Part shown: in pieces, positions 1 to 12,381 of the stretch
How positions within the stretch are numbered: position 1 is the stretch's first letter
Layout: each line of letters begins with the position of its first letter
Source: Mobula birostris
Lineage: Eukaryota
Assembly (NCBI RefSeq): GCF_030028105.1
Contig: NC_092382.1
Coordinates: forward strand, 68,620,125-68,684,124
DNA length: 64,000 nt
Reading direction: 5' to 3'
Translations under genes and position numbers: made by a program
Notes under the pieces: model-generated
The model's database searches: none
What the model saw: the letters and a program-made list of their open reading frames with translations, nothing else
Told to the model about the DNA's origin: nothing

Positions 1-330
1 GTAGGTTTGTCAGGCAGGATTTTCCTTTCAGGAAACCATGCCGCCTTTGGCCAATCTTGCCATTTGTCTCCAGGTACTCCGTCATCTCATCCCAAAAAAT
101 CGATTCCAAGAAGTTCCCTACTACTGATGTTAGGGTAATTGGTCTATTGTTTCCTTTCTGCTGCCTGACACCCTTCTTAAAAAGCGGAGTAACATTTGCA
201 ATTTTTCAGTAATCCAGTATAGCGCCAGAATCGATCAGTTCTTGAAAGATCATCGTTGATGACTCTGCAGTCTCTCCAGATACTTCATTCAGGACCCGAG
301 GGTGCATTCCATCATGTGCAGGAGATTTAT
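1..330 (-). mobile_element. CR1 LINE ORF2 (RT region) fragment, decayed; intronic to the NLR-like gene
   Basis: Reverse complement encodes GFLKGKSCLTNL and YRPITLTSVVGNFL-like RT motifs; similar to the CR1 at 61850-64000. Confidence 0.8.
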
Positions 331-634
331 CCACCCTCTATGTCCTATGTAAACCAACCTTCCAGCAAACATTTTCCATGCGTCTCACTGTGTCATGTTG
401 CCAACATTTACCTGGTCAAATGCACGTGTCTCAGCAACGATATGGCCCTACACAATATCAATCTGTGGTGGAAGCAGTGATTTCTTCACTTACCTTTCAG
501 CTCACTGGGAATATCCGGGACGGGTTGATGGATTGGAACACAACCTGTTCGGATTTAAACAATTTGGGGAATTGAAATTATTAAATATGTAGAGCCTGAA
601 TCCTAAATTAGATCAATCTCTGATATTAACTCAC

Positions 635-806
635 CATGTTCCTGAATTTCTTTCAGTATTTTGTCCAACTTTGGGACGACATTGCGCATTTTCACGAAGT
701 TTTCCCACATCGCCCTCCGGGCGCGGGAGCCTTTCTCCATCACCAGGCTCAGGAGGAGTTTAGAACTGTCCGCCCTCTTGCCATTATCAGCGAGATCAGA
801 GATTGT
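635..806 (-). CDS. Internal coding exon of a probable NLR/NACHT-family gene (C-terminal part of a death-fold/CARD-like domain); gene continues beyond the left edge
   Basis: Acceptor cttcacag (AG at 808-807) and donor gtgagt (634-629); 172-nt open exon, phase 0 to phase 1, encoding TISDLADNGKRADSSKLLLSLVMEKGSRARRAMWENFVKMRNVVPKLDKILKEIQEH. The LLLSLVMEKGSRA stretch resembles the CARD 'LLDxLxxKGxxA' helices. Family call rests on my recall of chondrichthyan 'NACHT, LRR and PYD domains-containing' protein N-termini; no NACHT exon is in the window. Confidence 0.75.
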
Positions 807-1723
807 CTGTGAAGAGTAACGGTGAACAAATTGGGAACGACAGATTCACACAGACAATGAGAAGTAAATGATGTGCGCAGTAACGGGATCATACTGAGCA
901 GTCACCCGGACGGGTGCAGACCTTGTCTGGACATGGACTGTATATTGTGAGTTCAGAGCACACGGAGGGACATGCACAGTGAAGCTGGTTTACCAGTCAA
1001 TGAGATCCTGGCTGGTCTGTGACGGCTTCATTGAAGTAACTTCAATTCCATAAATAATTCCTCATCAGGTTTGACGGTGTAAAAAAAAAAAATCGGAAAA
1101 TAACGATCACAGAGGAAGAAAGAAGTCAGGAGTTTTTTTTTTATATAGCAGAGTGAACATTCTCAGAGAAGTTGCAGAAAAAATAATGTGATTCATTTGC
1201 TCTGTCCGCCAGTGTCCAACATGACAGCGGATTGCCAGCTGACACCTGATGCCTTTCCATTGCCTTTTCCAGTGGAGGTGTATTCAGTGATTACACGTTA
1301 CAATATGACAGTATTCTCCGATTCACACTGTTTGCTACTACAAATTGTAACACAATCATCTCCGCCCAGAACAGAACACACTCGCGTTCCTGCGGCGCCC
1401 ACTGATGATGTCCGGGTTCTCACTGACATCCCGCCGTCACACTGTACAGCCTTCGCAAACTGAAACCTCCCGTCGTATTTCCATGTTATACTGTAAGCCT
1501 ACAGAACTGTTACTTGCTCAACTCACTCTGAACACTGAGCAGCCACTCATCAGTCCGCGGGGTGTTCTCAACCCTTTCTATCACTGGTTCAGATTCACAT
1601 TTCTGTGGTTGTATGTACAGTATTTATTTCCCAGTTGTTCTTTTATCTAATTTAATATCCAATGAGTCAGAGATCCGACAGCCATCAGTCCTCTGATGTG
1701 TGAAAATTCAAACCCAAACTCAC

Positions 1724-1966
1724 CCGATGTTCCTCTCCGCTGAACTGATTCTCATCCTTTAACGCCAGGCTCACTCCATACACTCCTCTTTCCATCGCCT
1801 GCTCCAGCCTGTCCCGGTAGAATTCCGTCAACTGCAGCAGCTGGGAGTCGTTCCAGCCTGCCAGGAGCTCGGTGATCACTGAGCTGGGACCTGTGAAGGA
1901 CATACCCGTGACCTTTCCTGATGTTGACGTCACTGGAACTCCTCCCCTGCCCGCCCGTTCAGCCAT
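1724..1966 (-). CDS. First coding exon(s) of the probable NLR/NACHT-family gene
   Basis: ATG at 1966 (gacATGG context), upstream acceptor ttcgttacag near 2000, donor gtgagt at 1723-1718 in phase 0 matching the 806 acceptor; encodes MAERAGRGGVPVTSTSGKVTG(MSFTG)PSSVITELLAGWNDSQLLQLTEFYRDRLEQAMERGVYGVSLALKDENQFSGEEHR. Confidence 0.7.
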
Positions 1967-3296
1967 GTCGAGGACAGTTGGGGTCAGATTTTGCTGCGCT
2001 GTAACGAACAAAATTAACAGTTGAGCGTCAGGCATTAATTGAAGTATAATGGAGAACACTGTTTTGTTTTTAAATACAACGACACACCTCCAAACATCTT
2101 GGGCCTTTCCACTGAAGACTTGATACGGCCTAAGATACCTGCGCCCATGCACCCACAGTCAGGCAATATCCATTTTTCCTCTATCCCTGGATTGTACACC
2201 TTTCCACGATTCCCCGGAGTATCTACTAGCTTTATCGCAGGCAACACCCTTTTAGGAACCAATCTTGTATCCTGGACTGGGAGTGATGTGTCAATAGGAA
2301 AGGCAAGGCAGGCTGAGCAGACAGCGTCCACTGCTTTTGTCCTCCTACCACTGGTGGCGCCATGGTGTGTAATGGACAATTGTTACAGCAGTCAGGGGTG
2401 GAACATTTCTGCTGACCAATGGGACATGTATTCCTCGCATCACTGAATTATACAGATTTCTTAGTCACACCTGATTCTCACGGTCCCCTTTCAGTTTAAC
2501 AGCTCCTGGCATTGACACCCATGGCAACATATGGTTTGAGTCTACATAGAAACACGCTGACGTCCTGAACAATGCAGTCCCACCCATGGTATCGCGGCAT
2601 CTTGTCCAGAACCACGACATCTTCTCCGGCAGGATTTTAAGATCATTATTATCTCCTAATCTCCGGTCATGATTAATTTACGCAATCATCTGGTTATTAT
2701 CAGAAATTTACATGGCACCTTGTTAAACACAATGTCGACCAACCATATATCAAAAACAGCAAGCTGGCAAAAGCAGATTTGCAATAACTAAACCAAAATG
2801 TTGGAATTATTGAACAAGACAGACAGTACGTTGATACATCAGATTGAAGACCGCGTAATCAAAGCTGAGCCTATCTGTAGCAGCCATGTATCTGCTCTCT
2901 ACCTGCACTGTATTCTGTGTTTCGTAGTTATGATTTTCTTATGCTCCGGAGTGGGGTGGTGGCGGGGTGAAAGTGAAGGGAATCAGTTTCATATTTGTGC
3001 TTTGTTCACAGCTGGGAACTGACGGATGTCATATATTTTATTATTATCCACTCAAATACACTGAACTTACACTTCGGTAGATTTCCGTTTCATTGCTAAC
3101 AGATTGTAGGTTTTCTGATTTCTAATAAGGGATCGAATACACCAACCTTTACCATCACCAACTTTTGTAATCAATATCGGAGCTGAGAGCACGTCATACA
3201 ACTATAACAAATCCGCGGGTGTCGCCAGCAATGACAATTTGGTTTGGCTACGTTCTCAACAAATGTTTATCAATCTGACTATTACTTTACATATAA

Positions 3297-5030
3297 GGTC
3301 ATAAGATATAGGAGCAGAAGTAGACCATTCGGCCCTTCCAGTCTGCTCTACCATTCAATCATAGACTGATCTAATTCTCCCAGTCAGTCCCACTCCCATG
3401 CCTTCTCTCCCATACCCTTTGTTGCCTTGGCTAATTAACTACCTCTCCTTCTCTGCCTTAAATACACCCAATGACTTGGCCTCCACAACCGCTCGTGGCA
3501 AAAAAAAAAAAATCACTAGATGTACCACCTTTTGGCTAAAGGAAGTTCTTCGCATCTCTGTTCTAAATGGACGTTCTCCAATCCTGAAGTTGTGCCCTCT
3601 TGTGCTAGAAGCCTCTACCATGGGAAATAACTTTGCCATATCTATCTGCTCAGGCCTCTGAAAATTCGGAATTTTACTATAACATCGCCCCTCATTCTCC
3701 TGAACTCGAGGAAATACAGCCCACGAACTGCCAGGCGTTCCTCATACCGCAACACTTTCATTCCTGGAATAATTCTCGTGAGTCTTCTCCGAACCCTCTC
3801 CAATGTCAGTATATCATTTCTAAAAGAAGGAGCCCAAAACTGCACACAATCTAAGTATCGTCTCACGAGTGTCTTCATCCCAGCTCTTATATTCTTCATT
3901 GACCCATATCATAAAAGGAAGCGGTCCAAAATCGACCCCCGTGGAGCTCCACTGGTAACCGTTATCCAGACGGAAAAGGATTATTTTATTCCCACTCTCT
4001 GCTTTCTGCCGATCAGCCTACGCACTCAAATTTCAATGTGAACTCGATCATATTGTGATCACTGTTCCCTAAGTTTTCCTTCAAATTAAGCTCTCTTATC
4101 ACCTCCGGATCATTGCAAGATACCCAATCCAGCTGTTCAACAAAACGTTGTTCTTAAAAACCATCCCTTTGACATCGGGCCAATACTCTCTCTTGAGGTC
4201 CAGTACTGACCTGGTTTTCCCAATCCACTTTCATGTTAGAATCCCCGACGATTATCATGAAATTGCCCTTCTGACTCGCCTTTTCCATCTCCTGCTGTAA
4301 TTTGTAATCCACATTCCAGCTGCTGTTTGGAGGAATGATACAACTGTTATTAGGGTAATTTTACCCTTTCCATTTCTTAACTCAACCCATACAGACTCTA
4401 CACCTTTCGATGGTATGTCAGCCCTTTCTAATGACTTAATATTATTTCTTATAGAGAGGGCCATATCACCCCCCATATCAGCCTTCTAACCTATCTTTCC
4501 GGTACACAGTATATCCTTGGACGTTGAGCTCCCAATGGCAGCCATCATTCAGCCAAGATTCAAAGATGGCCAAAAGGTCATACTTGCTAATCTGCAGCTG
4601 AAATTCAAGATTGTCTATTTTATTTCTTACGCTGCGTGCACTCAAATATAACATTTTCAGACCAGTATTTGTTGTTTCCACGCCTCTATTGCCCTTTAAA
4701 TCATACCATTAGCTGCTATTATGCCTCAAATCCCGCCTGTCCTTTCTATCATCTCTATTGCAGATTACATTCGATTTTTTCTGTTTTACCCTTCCTCAGT
4801 CCTAACACACCGGTCCCCACCCCACTGCCAAATAGTTTAAACTCTGCCTAACAGCTTATTAAACCTACGTACTCAGATATTTTAGGTTCAGTTGTAAGCC
4901 GTCCTTTTTTATTTTACAGGTCGTGCCTCCCACAGAAGGGGTCCCTGTGATCCAGGAACCCGAAGCCCTGCCGCTTCACCAGTTTCTCAGACACGTATTA
5001 ATATGCTTGATCATGGCATTGATGAAAACC
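3297..5030 (-). mobile_element. CR1 LINE, internally deleted (ORF1 esterase end, APE endonuclease, ORF2 C-terminus and 3'UTR)
   Basis: ORF-track pieces LYLSARSVRNK, ESVWVELRNGKG, CVQFWAP..LERVRRRLTR, TRGHNFRI; typical CR1 3'UTR at about 3300-3420. Confidence 0.85.
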
Positions 5031-5334
5031 CTATCAGGAGAACACTAATGGTAAACACTAATAGGAGATTTTAGAACACTATTAGGACTCGACACTGCGC
5101 CCGTTTCTATTTCTAAACTTTCAATTATGATCGTGTAGCAGTAAGTTTTCAAGATGTTCCCGGACTCATAAAAAAAAAACCTCGAAAATCATTAGATCTT
5201 ACTGTTTCTAAAATCAAACCTCATTGAAATTTGAACACCGCATGCAAATAGAATGATCTCAGTGAACAAACATATAATCATCTCTCACACCGCAACATCT
5301 GGAAGTGATAAGGACTTACCCTACTGTTCACAGT

Positions 5335-5555
5335 AAGACCATTAGAAAAACGAGTATAATAAAACTATATGGCCCATCCAGTCCGATCCAACCTTATTCT
5401 CCTGCATTGTCCCTTAAACCATCAATCTCCTTACAATCAAGAACATAATAGTCTCTGCTGTATCACAATGACAACATCCAACACCCCGTGTGGCAACAAA
5501 TTCCACAGATTAACCATTAGCTGAAGAAATTACTCTAATCACAGTTTTACAAGAA
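5335..5555 (-). mobile_element. Old CR1 3'-end fragment
   Basis: Degenerate match to the CR1 3' end (ggcaacaaattccacagatt, ctgaagaaatt). Confidence 0.55.
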
Positions 5556-5599
5556 CTATCGTAGGAAACTACGAGGAAAATACTATATAAGAATTATCA

Positions 5600-7780
5600 T
5601 AGGAAAGGTGGACAATAACGCTGAAGAAGGGGTTGCTGGTTTACAAACAGAGCCAATGCGTAGCGAGGGGAGGCTGTTGATAGGACAAAATTGCAGTCAA
5701 TAGGGTGAGATGCAATGTTAAAGGTGGACAAGATCGAAAAGGGCGAATGCAGATCAGAAGGTTTTAAATTTTTATGCGCGCTGTATAAGGAATAATATAG
5801 ATGAACTGACAACAAAGCTGCAGATTGGCTGATATAATGTTATAGGCATCACGGAATCATGGCTGAAAGATTATAGCTGGGAGATTATTAAGGGATTGCA
5901 CACGCTGGAGGCAGGAAGCACGTTCTCGCTGATGGGTGAGTTCAGAACTGGAGGCCACAGTTTAGGAATTAGGGGTAAGTCATTCAGAACGAAGTTGAGT
6001 AAAAACTTTTTCACCCAGAGAGTGGTGGATATGTGGAATGCTCTGCCCCAGAAGGCTGTGGGGGCCAAGTCTCTGGGTGCTTTCAGGATAGAGATGGATA
6101 GAGCTCTTAAAGATAGCGGAATCAAAGGTTATGGGGATAAGGCAGGAACCGGATACTGATTGTGGATGATCAGCCATGATCACAGTGAATGGGGATGCTG
6201 GCTCGAAGGCCGAATGGCCTACTCCTGCACCTATTGTCTATTGGCTATTGTCTATTAATGTCCAAGGATACGCATTGTATTGAAGGGACAGGCAGGGAGG
6301 CAGAGTGGGCTGCGTGGCTCCGTCGGTAAAAAATTAAATTAATTCATTAAAAAGAGGTGACATAGTGTTGGAATGTGCTGATTCATTGTTGTTAGAGCTA
6401 AGGTACTGTAAGGGTAAAAAGACCTTGATGGGAGTTAGACACAGACCTCCAAGCAGTAGTAAGAATGTGGTCTACAAATTACAAAGGGATATAGAAAATA
6501 CATGCCAAAAGTGCTAGGTTACAATAGCCATGGATGATTTCCATATGCAGGTAGATTAGAAAATTAGGTCGATGCTGGATCCCAAGAGGGGAATTTCTAG
6601 AATGCCTACGCGATAGAGCAGTTCGTGGTTAAGCCGAGTCGGGAATCAACTATTCTGTATTGGGTGTTGTGCAATGAACCAGAATTGATTAGAGATCTTC
6701 AGATATAAGAACCCTGAGGGGAAAGTAATTATAATATGAGCGAATTCGCCCTGAAATATGAGAAGGAGATGCTAAAGTCTGATGTATCAGTGTTACGGTG
6801 GAGTAAAGGGAATTACAGAGGCATGAGAGGGGAGTTGGCTAGCTAACACAAACGTGTCTAACAAGAGAACTCAAAGCTAACATAAAAGGCAAAAAGAGAG
6901 CATACAATAGAACAAACAGTTGTGGGAAGTTAGAGGATTGAGTTATTTTTAGAACCAACAGAAGGGCAACTGAAAAAAGATATGAAGAAAGTAAAGATGG
7001 AATATGAAATTTAGCTTGACAATAATATTACATAGGATACCAGAAGTTTCTTCAGATATATCAAGTGTAAAAGAGAGGCAACAGTGGATATCAGACCGCT
7101 GGAAAACGATGCTGGAGAAGTAGCAATGGGGAACAACACAACGGCGGAAGAACTGAATAGGTATTTTGCGCCTGTCTTCACTGTGGAAGATACTAGCAGT
7201 ATGGTGGATGTTCCAGCTGTCGGGGTCATGAATTGCGTAACTAGACAGAAGGCTCTTGGGAAATGGAAAGATCTGAAGGTAGATACGATACTCCGACCAG
7301 ATGGTGTACACCTCACAGTTCTGAAAGTGGAGGCTGAAGAGATTTTGGAGGCATTAAAGAGCTTTCAAAAATCGCAAGATTACAGACTGATTCCGGAAGA
7401 TTGGAAGATTGCAAATGACACTCCACTCTTCAAGTAGGGAGAGAGGCGGAAGAAAGGCAACTATAGGCCTGTCAGTCTGACCTCAATGATCGGGACGATG
7501 TTGGAGTTCATTATTAAGGATGAGGTCTCAGGGTACTTGGAGAAACATGGTGCGTCATAGTCAGCATGGTTTCCTCAAGGGAAAATTTTGTCTGACAGAT
7601 TTGTTGGAATTCTTTGAAGAACTATCAAGCAGGAGACAAAGGTGAATCGGTTGATGTTGTGTACTCGGATTTCCGAAAGGCCTTTGACATGGTTGCACAC
7701 TTGAGCCTGCTTAACAAACTACGAACCCACGATATTACAGGAAAGATTCTAAAATGGATAAATCAGTGCCTGATTGGCAG
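5600..7780 (+). mobile_element. Decayed CR1 LINE (APE to RT), interrupted by a nested CR1 3' end
   Basis: GITESWLKDYSWE..NVQGY split by an insertion; AEELNRYFA, PEDWKIAN, VDVVYSDFRKAFDMV motifs with stops. Confidence 0.85.
5890..6256 (+). mobile_element. 5'-truncated CR1 3' end nested in the older CR1
   Basis: FFTQRVVDMWNALP motif, 3'UTR and (tattgtc)n tail; host APE sequence resumes at aatgtccaagga. Confidence 0.85.
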
Positions 7781-8112
7781 GCGGTCGTATGGTGATGCAG
7801 CTTCCCTGGAGCGGGATGAAAAGGCACACCAAAAGGTGGAACCGGCTGTGGGAGGGTATGGTTTGTCAGCTCTGAGAACGAGTTGGATGTAATATAACCT
7901 TCTGACTGAATAAGAAAACCATTCTGAGTGTATTTGAAATGTCAGAAGCAGGTAAGATGTGATCGCATATGTTGAAGGCAGGGGTTGTGTCTCCATCAGA
8001 AGGGTGTGGAGTTTTGAAGTCAATGCCTTGTGGTGCCACCATCGTAATTTAGCACGTGCAGAGTAGTGGATCACACAGCATGGAAACAGGAATTTGGCCG
8101 GCCATGCTTGAT

Positions 8113-9838
8113 ACATAGAATATAGATAGAACAAAGAATAGTAGGGCACAGTACAGGCCCTTCGGTCCACATTGTTGTGCCGACTCTCAAACCCTGCCTC
8201 CTATATAACCCCCACCCAAAATTCCTCCATATACCTGTCTAGTAGTCTCTTAAACTTCACTAGTGTATCTGCCTCCACCACTGACTCAGACAGTGCATTC
8301 CACGCACCAACCACTCTCTGAGTAAAAAACCTTCCTCTAATATCCCCCTTGAACATCGCACCCGTTAGCTAAAAGCCATGTCCCTTTGTATTGAGCAGTG
8401 ATGACCTGGGGAAGAGGCGCTGGCTATCCACTCTATGTTTTCCTCTTAATATATTTTATACCTCTATCATGTCTCCTCTCATCCTCCTTCTCTCCAAAGA
8501 GTAAAGCCCTAGCTCCCTTAATCTCTGATCATAATCCTGTCATGGTCCGGATCGGAGTCCCTTTCAATTTAGCTTGTTTATGTTACGATCCGGACCGTTG
8601 ATTCCCTGTTTTCCCGCGTCCCTCGATTTAGGTGATTAGAGGCAATTAACACTCGGCTGAACCGATAGTTTATAGTCTCCACCTTCCAGCTGTTCGGGGA
8701 GGGAGCGTCTGCAAAGTCACGGTGGCCGGAGCAAGCCTAGTCTCTGCCGAAGCGACTGCCGGTAACTCGCCCTTCCTCATCGGAGCAACCCAGTCCAGTT
8801 ACCTCGCCGAAGTGATCCTGCAAAGTATTCCTCATCAAGGTGGAACCGTCAGTTAACCCGCCAGAGGGAATGAAGAACCGCTGTTTTCTGTTCCCGGGCC
8901 GAGTCGAGAGCTGGCCACTACCCGGAGGCTCCAAGTCAAGTCCTGGCTCTGGGCCTCGTTCAAATACCATGTCAAGTGCTGGCCCTGGCGGCGTTCAAAG
9001 TCCTGGCCCTGGCGGCGTTCAAGTACCATGTCCTGGCCCTGGCGGCTTCCCAGTTCTGAGTCATGCCCTGGCACTGGCGTTCTGTGATTCCTGTTCTACC
9101 CCCTTGTCAGAAATCCTTTTCTGCCCCTCTCGCCTCTAGCCCTCGTCTGCAGCCCCCGCCTGCACTTCGGTCTAGTTCCATCACCGGAGCTAGATAGGTA
9201 CTGTCTGGTGTCCATTCGTGTTGGTCTTGTCTTGTCTTGTCTTTTCCTCGCCTCCGTGGGGTAAGTCAGGCCGTCTTGCCGTTGCCCCACGGAGGGTCAG
9301 GAGTCCCGGGCCTATCCCCTGTACCCAAGGAGGGGTCCCGGCTCTCTGTTCTGTGTATGTGTCCAAGGTTTCAGGTACTTGCTCTCCCGAGACCGAGGCT
9401 CTGTTTTCCATGTTCCTCCTCTCCCTAGCCCATGTCATGTCCATGCCTGGTTCTGGGGTCCGAGCCCGAGGCTAGACCCAGGTAATGGGTCCTTGCCCAG
9501 TCTCGGGCTCGGAGTCCATACCCTAGCCTCTTCGTATCTCCTCTAGTTCTGGGAGCCGAATCAGAGTCCAAGCCCAGACCCTTGGTCCCAGCCCAGTCTC
9601 CGTCCCGAGTCCTTATCCTGTTCGATATTCCTGTTTCTGTCTTGCTCTCCTGGTATCGAACAATAAACTAAACCTAAGTAACCTCACAAGATGTGCCTTG
9701 CATTTGGGTCCACCATTGCTCCCCAATGCCCACGCCACTGTGACAAATCCATACACTCCAAACCAGGCAGCATCCTGGTAAATCTCCTCTGTACCCTTTC
9801 CAATGCTTCCACATCCTTCCTATTGTGAGGTGTTCTGA
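8113..9838 (-). mobile_element. Young-family CR1 3' end split by a solo LTR (8113-8537 and 9746-9838)
   Basis: Near-identical to the 3' end of the CR1 at 26740-30178; sequence rejoins across the LTR. Confidence 0.9.
8538..9745 (+). mobile_element. Solo LTR of an LTR retrotransposon (Gypsy or BEL/Pao type, not resolved), 1208 bp
   Basis: Termini TGTCA...TGACA; 5-bp TSD AATCC at 8533-8537 and 9746-9750; AATAAA at 9662; internal GC-rich tandem repeats; host CR1 rejoins cleanly. Confidence 0.88.
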
Positions 9839-9859
9839 CCATCCAGTCACTGTCTACAC

Positions 9860-10700
9860 TGGTCCCGTTTACCAGCACTGGTTCACAGCCGACTGTATCT
9901 CGGCAGCTTCAATGCTCATCAATGATCACGCCTTGAATGAGGAATCAACAGGAGGTACTCTTTCAGTTCTCCAGGAGTTTGCTTGTGGCTTGGCAGGGCA
10001 CAGGGATATTGATCAAGGCCCCAGTAATCCCTTCACTTGCCCCTCTCTGTAACTTGCGGTATAACCCATCAGGTCCTAGAGACATGTATGTCATAGTGCA
10101 TTTTAAGAGACCCAACAGTGTCTCCTCTTTTATTTCAAAATGCCCGAGTATACTGGTGCTCTCGGCACTGATCTCTCTATCCTCCATGTCCTTCCCCTTG
10201 GTAAATACTGATGTACGTTACTCATTAAGGTCCACACACACATCCGCTAGGGCCCTGTTTGATTCAACCTTCCTAAGCTTTACATACTTTTCATTTTCAT
10301 GCTTGACTAAATTCATCACTTCTGTTCACATTTAAGGTTTTCTTACGCTGCCAATCTCGTGATGTCTTCGTACAGGAATGTACCCATCCTGTACTTCCCG
10401 TGCAGATGGGCTATGAACACCCTCCGCATGTCAGATGTGGACTTGCCAGAAACAGTTGTTTCCCATTAGCTCTCACTAGATCCTCCGTTATGAATTCGTA
10501 ATTTACCTTGATCCAATTCATTACCCTCCCTCAAAGTTTACAATTTTATTCTCTATAGCTCCCTTAAAGTTGAGGAGTTCTGCACTAACTGTTCACCCAC
10601 CAAATGGTCGGGCATCTGGCTAGCATAATCACCCAACACCAGGTTCAGTACAGCTCCTGCTTTTGTTGGACTATCAACATACCGATTTAAGATGTTATCC
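9860..10700 (-). mobile_element. Decayed CR1 ORF2 fragments
   Basis: SLGPDGLY..EITGAL motif (ORF 9963-10187) and degenerate APE/linker sequence. Confidence 0.7.
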
Positions 10701-11397
10701 TAGAGAGCAAAAATAGTTGAAGCTAGAGAATTGGGGAGCTTTTTAATAATCAAAAGAAGGCAAATTAAAAAAGGAATAAGGAGAGAAAAGGTGAAATATA
10801 AAGGCAAGCCTGCGAATAATATAAAATAGGATAGCAAAATAAAATATCATAATGAAACACGATAATGTATCACATTCATTCGTGATTAATATGCATAAAA
10901 TCTAACCTGGTCCGGTCTTCAATGTTCCCACTGATTAGTATTTTTGCTGTTGCGTGGATCAACCATTGCTCTAAGCCGGAAGTTTTCACACGGCCTGTGA
11001 AACGCGCTGCATCTCTGTTATCTTGTTTTTTGGAATGTGCATCTATGAATATTTAGAATGGACTGACAAAAAAAAAAAAACTGTTGAGTTTATCTTTTAA
11101 TGGAAGAATATGATATAATACAGTACTGCAAAAGACAAGCTCTCCGGTTTCATGAGCCTTATACCAGCTGCATTCAAATCCATTGCGCTACAACAACGGC
11201 TCTGTGACGGAAGCATTTTAATTACAACGCAGCCGCACACCGGCGCGGCTCAGAGGGAACAGTGACTGTCTATCTCTCCGGGTTTCCTCAGACTTATAAC
11301 AGTCCACTGCTTTGTCAGCGACAACCTGTTGTTGGAAACAGGAAAATCGCAAAACTCAGCACCAAGTCTCACCTTTGTCCATAATCGAGATAGGTAA

Positions 11398-11803
11398 ACA
11401 TAGAACACAGAATAATACAGCACAGTACAGACCCTTCGGCCCACAATGTTGTGCCGACCCTCAAACTATGCCTCCCATATAAGCCCCCACCTTAAATTCC
11501 TCCATATACCTGCGAAGCAGTCTCTTAAATTTCACTAGTGTATCTGCTTCTACCACTGACTCAGGCAGTGCATTCCAGGCACCAATCACACTCTGAGTAA
11601 AAAACCTTCCTCTAATATCCCCCTGGAACTTCCCACCCCTTACCTTAAAGCCATGTCCTCTTGTATTGAGCAATGGTGCCCTGGGGAAGAGGCGCTGGCT
11701 GTCCACTCTATCTATTCCTCTTGTTATCTTGTACACATCTATCATGTCTCCTCTCATCCTCCTTCTCTCCAAAGAGTAAAGCCCTAGCTCCCTTAATCTC
11801 TGA
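11398..11803 (-). mobile_element. Young-family CR1 3' end
   Basis: ERRRMRGDMIDVYK..TRGHGFK..WNALP, plus (ttctatg) tail. Confidence 0.92.
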
Positions 11804-11825
11804 GGGCCTGTCTAAATGGTAAAAG

Positions 11826-12381
11826 AACTAAATGGCCACTTTATTAGGTACAACAGCACACCAGCTCATTAATGGGAATCTGTTAATCGCGTGGCAGCAA
11901 CTCAAAGGATAAAAACGTGCAGATATAGTTAAGGGATTCAGTTGTTGTTCAGGCAAACATCCAAATTTGGAATAAATGCGATCTAAGTGACCTTGACCGT
12001 GGAATGATGGCTGGTGTCAGACAGGGTGGAATGAGCATTACGGAAACTTATCATCTCCTGGGACTTTCCACGCACAAAAGTCTCGGTTTACAGAGAATGG
12101 TGCGAAAACAAAACAAAAGGAAATCCAGTGAGTAGCAGTTCTGAGGGTGAAAACGCCTTCTTAATGAGAGAGATCAAGGAGATTGGCCAGACTGATTAAA
12201 TGCGAGGGGAAGGCGACAGTAACTTAAACAACCATGCGCTCCAAAAGCGGGGTGCAGAAGAGCGTTACTGAACGCCGAACATTGGATTTGGACGGGGTAC
12301 CGTCGCAGTAAACCCCGAACATACACTCAGTGGCCACATTATTAGGTACAGGAGGTAGATAAAAATTGCCCACTGAGTGTA
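11826..12381 (+). mobile_element. Tc1/mariner-derived non-autonomous element with transposase HTH remnant
   Basis: TIR motif ggccactttattaggtac at the left; DLSDLDRGM..SITETYHLLGLS paired-like HTH remnant near 11980-12100; ends ccactgagtg-TA. Confidence 0.75.

Noticed and set aside
1685-2152. 155-aa ORF as a single-exon gene
   Set aside because: Only 1966-1724 is bounded by a start codon and splice signals; the rest is intron/UTR read-through
2035-2446. Overlapping ORFs on both strands
   Set aside because: No recognisable domain or splice context; possibly a decayed repeat, left unassigned
8930-9085. Repeat-spacer-like array resembling CRISPR
   Set aside because: Vertebrate context, irregular related spacers, lies inside a solo LTR, no cas genes
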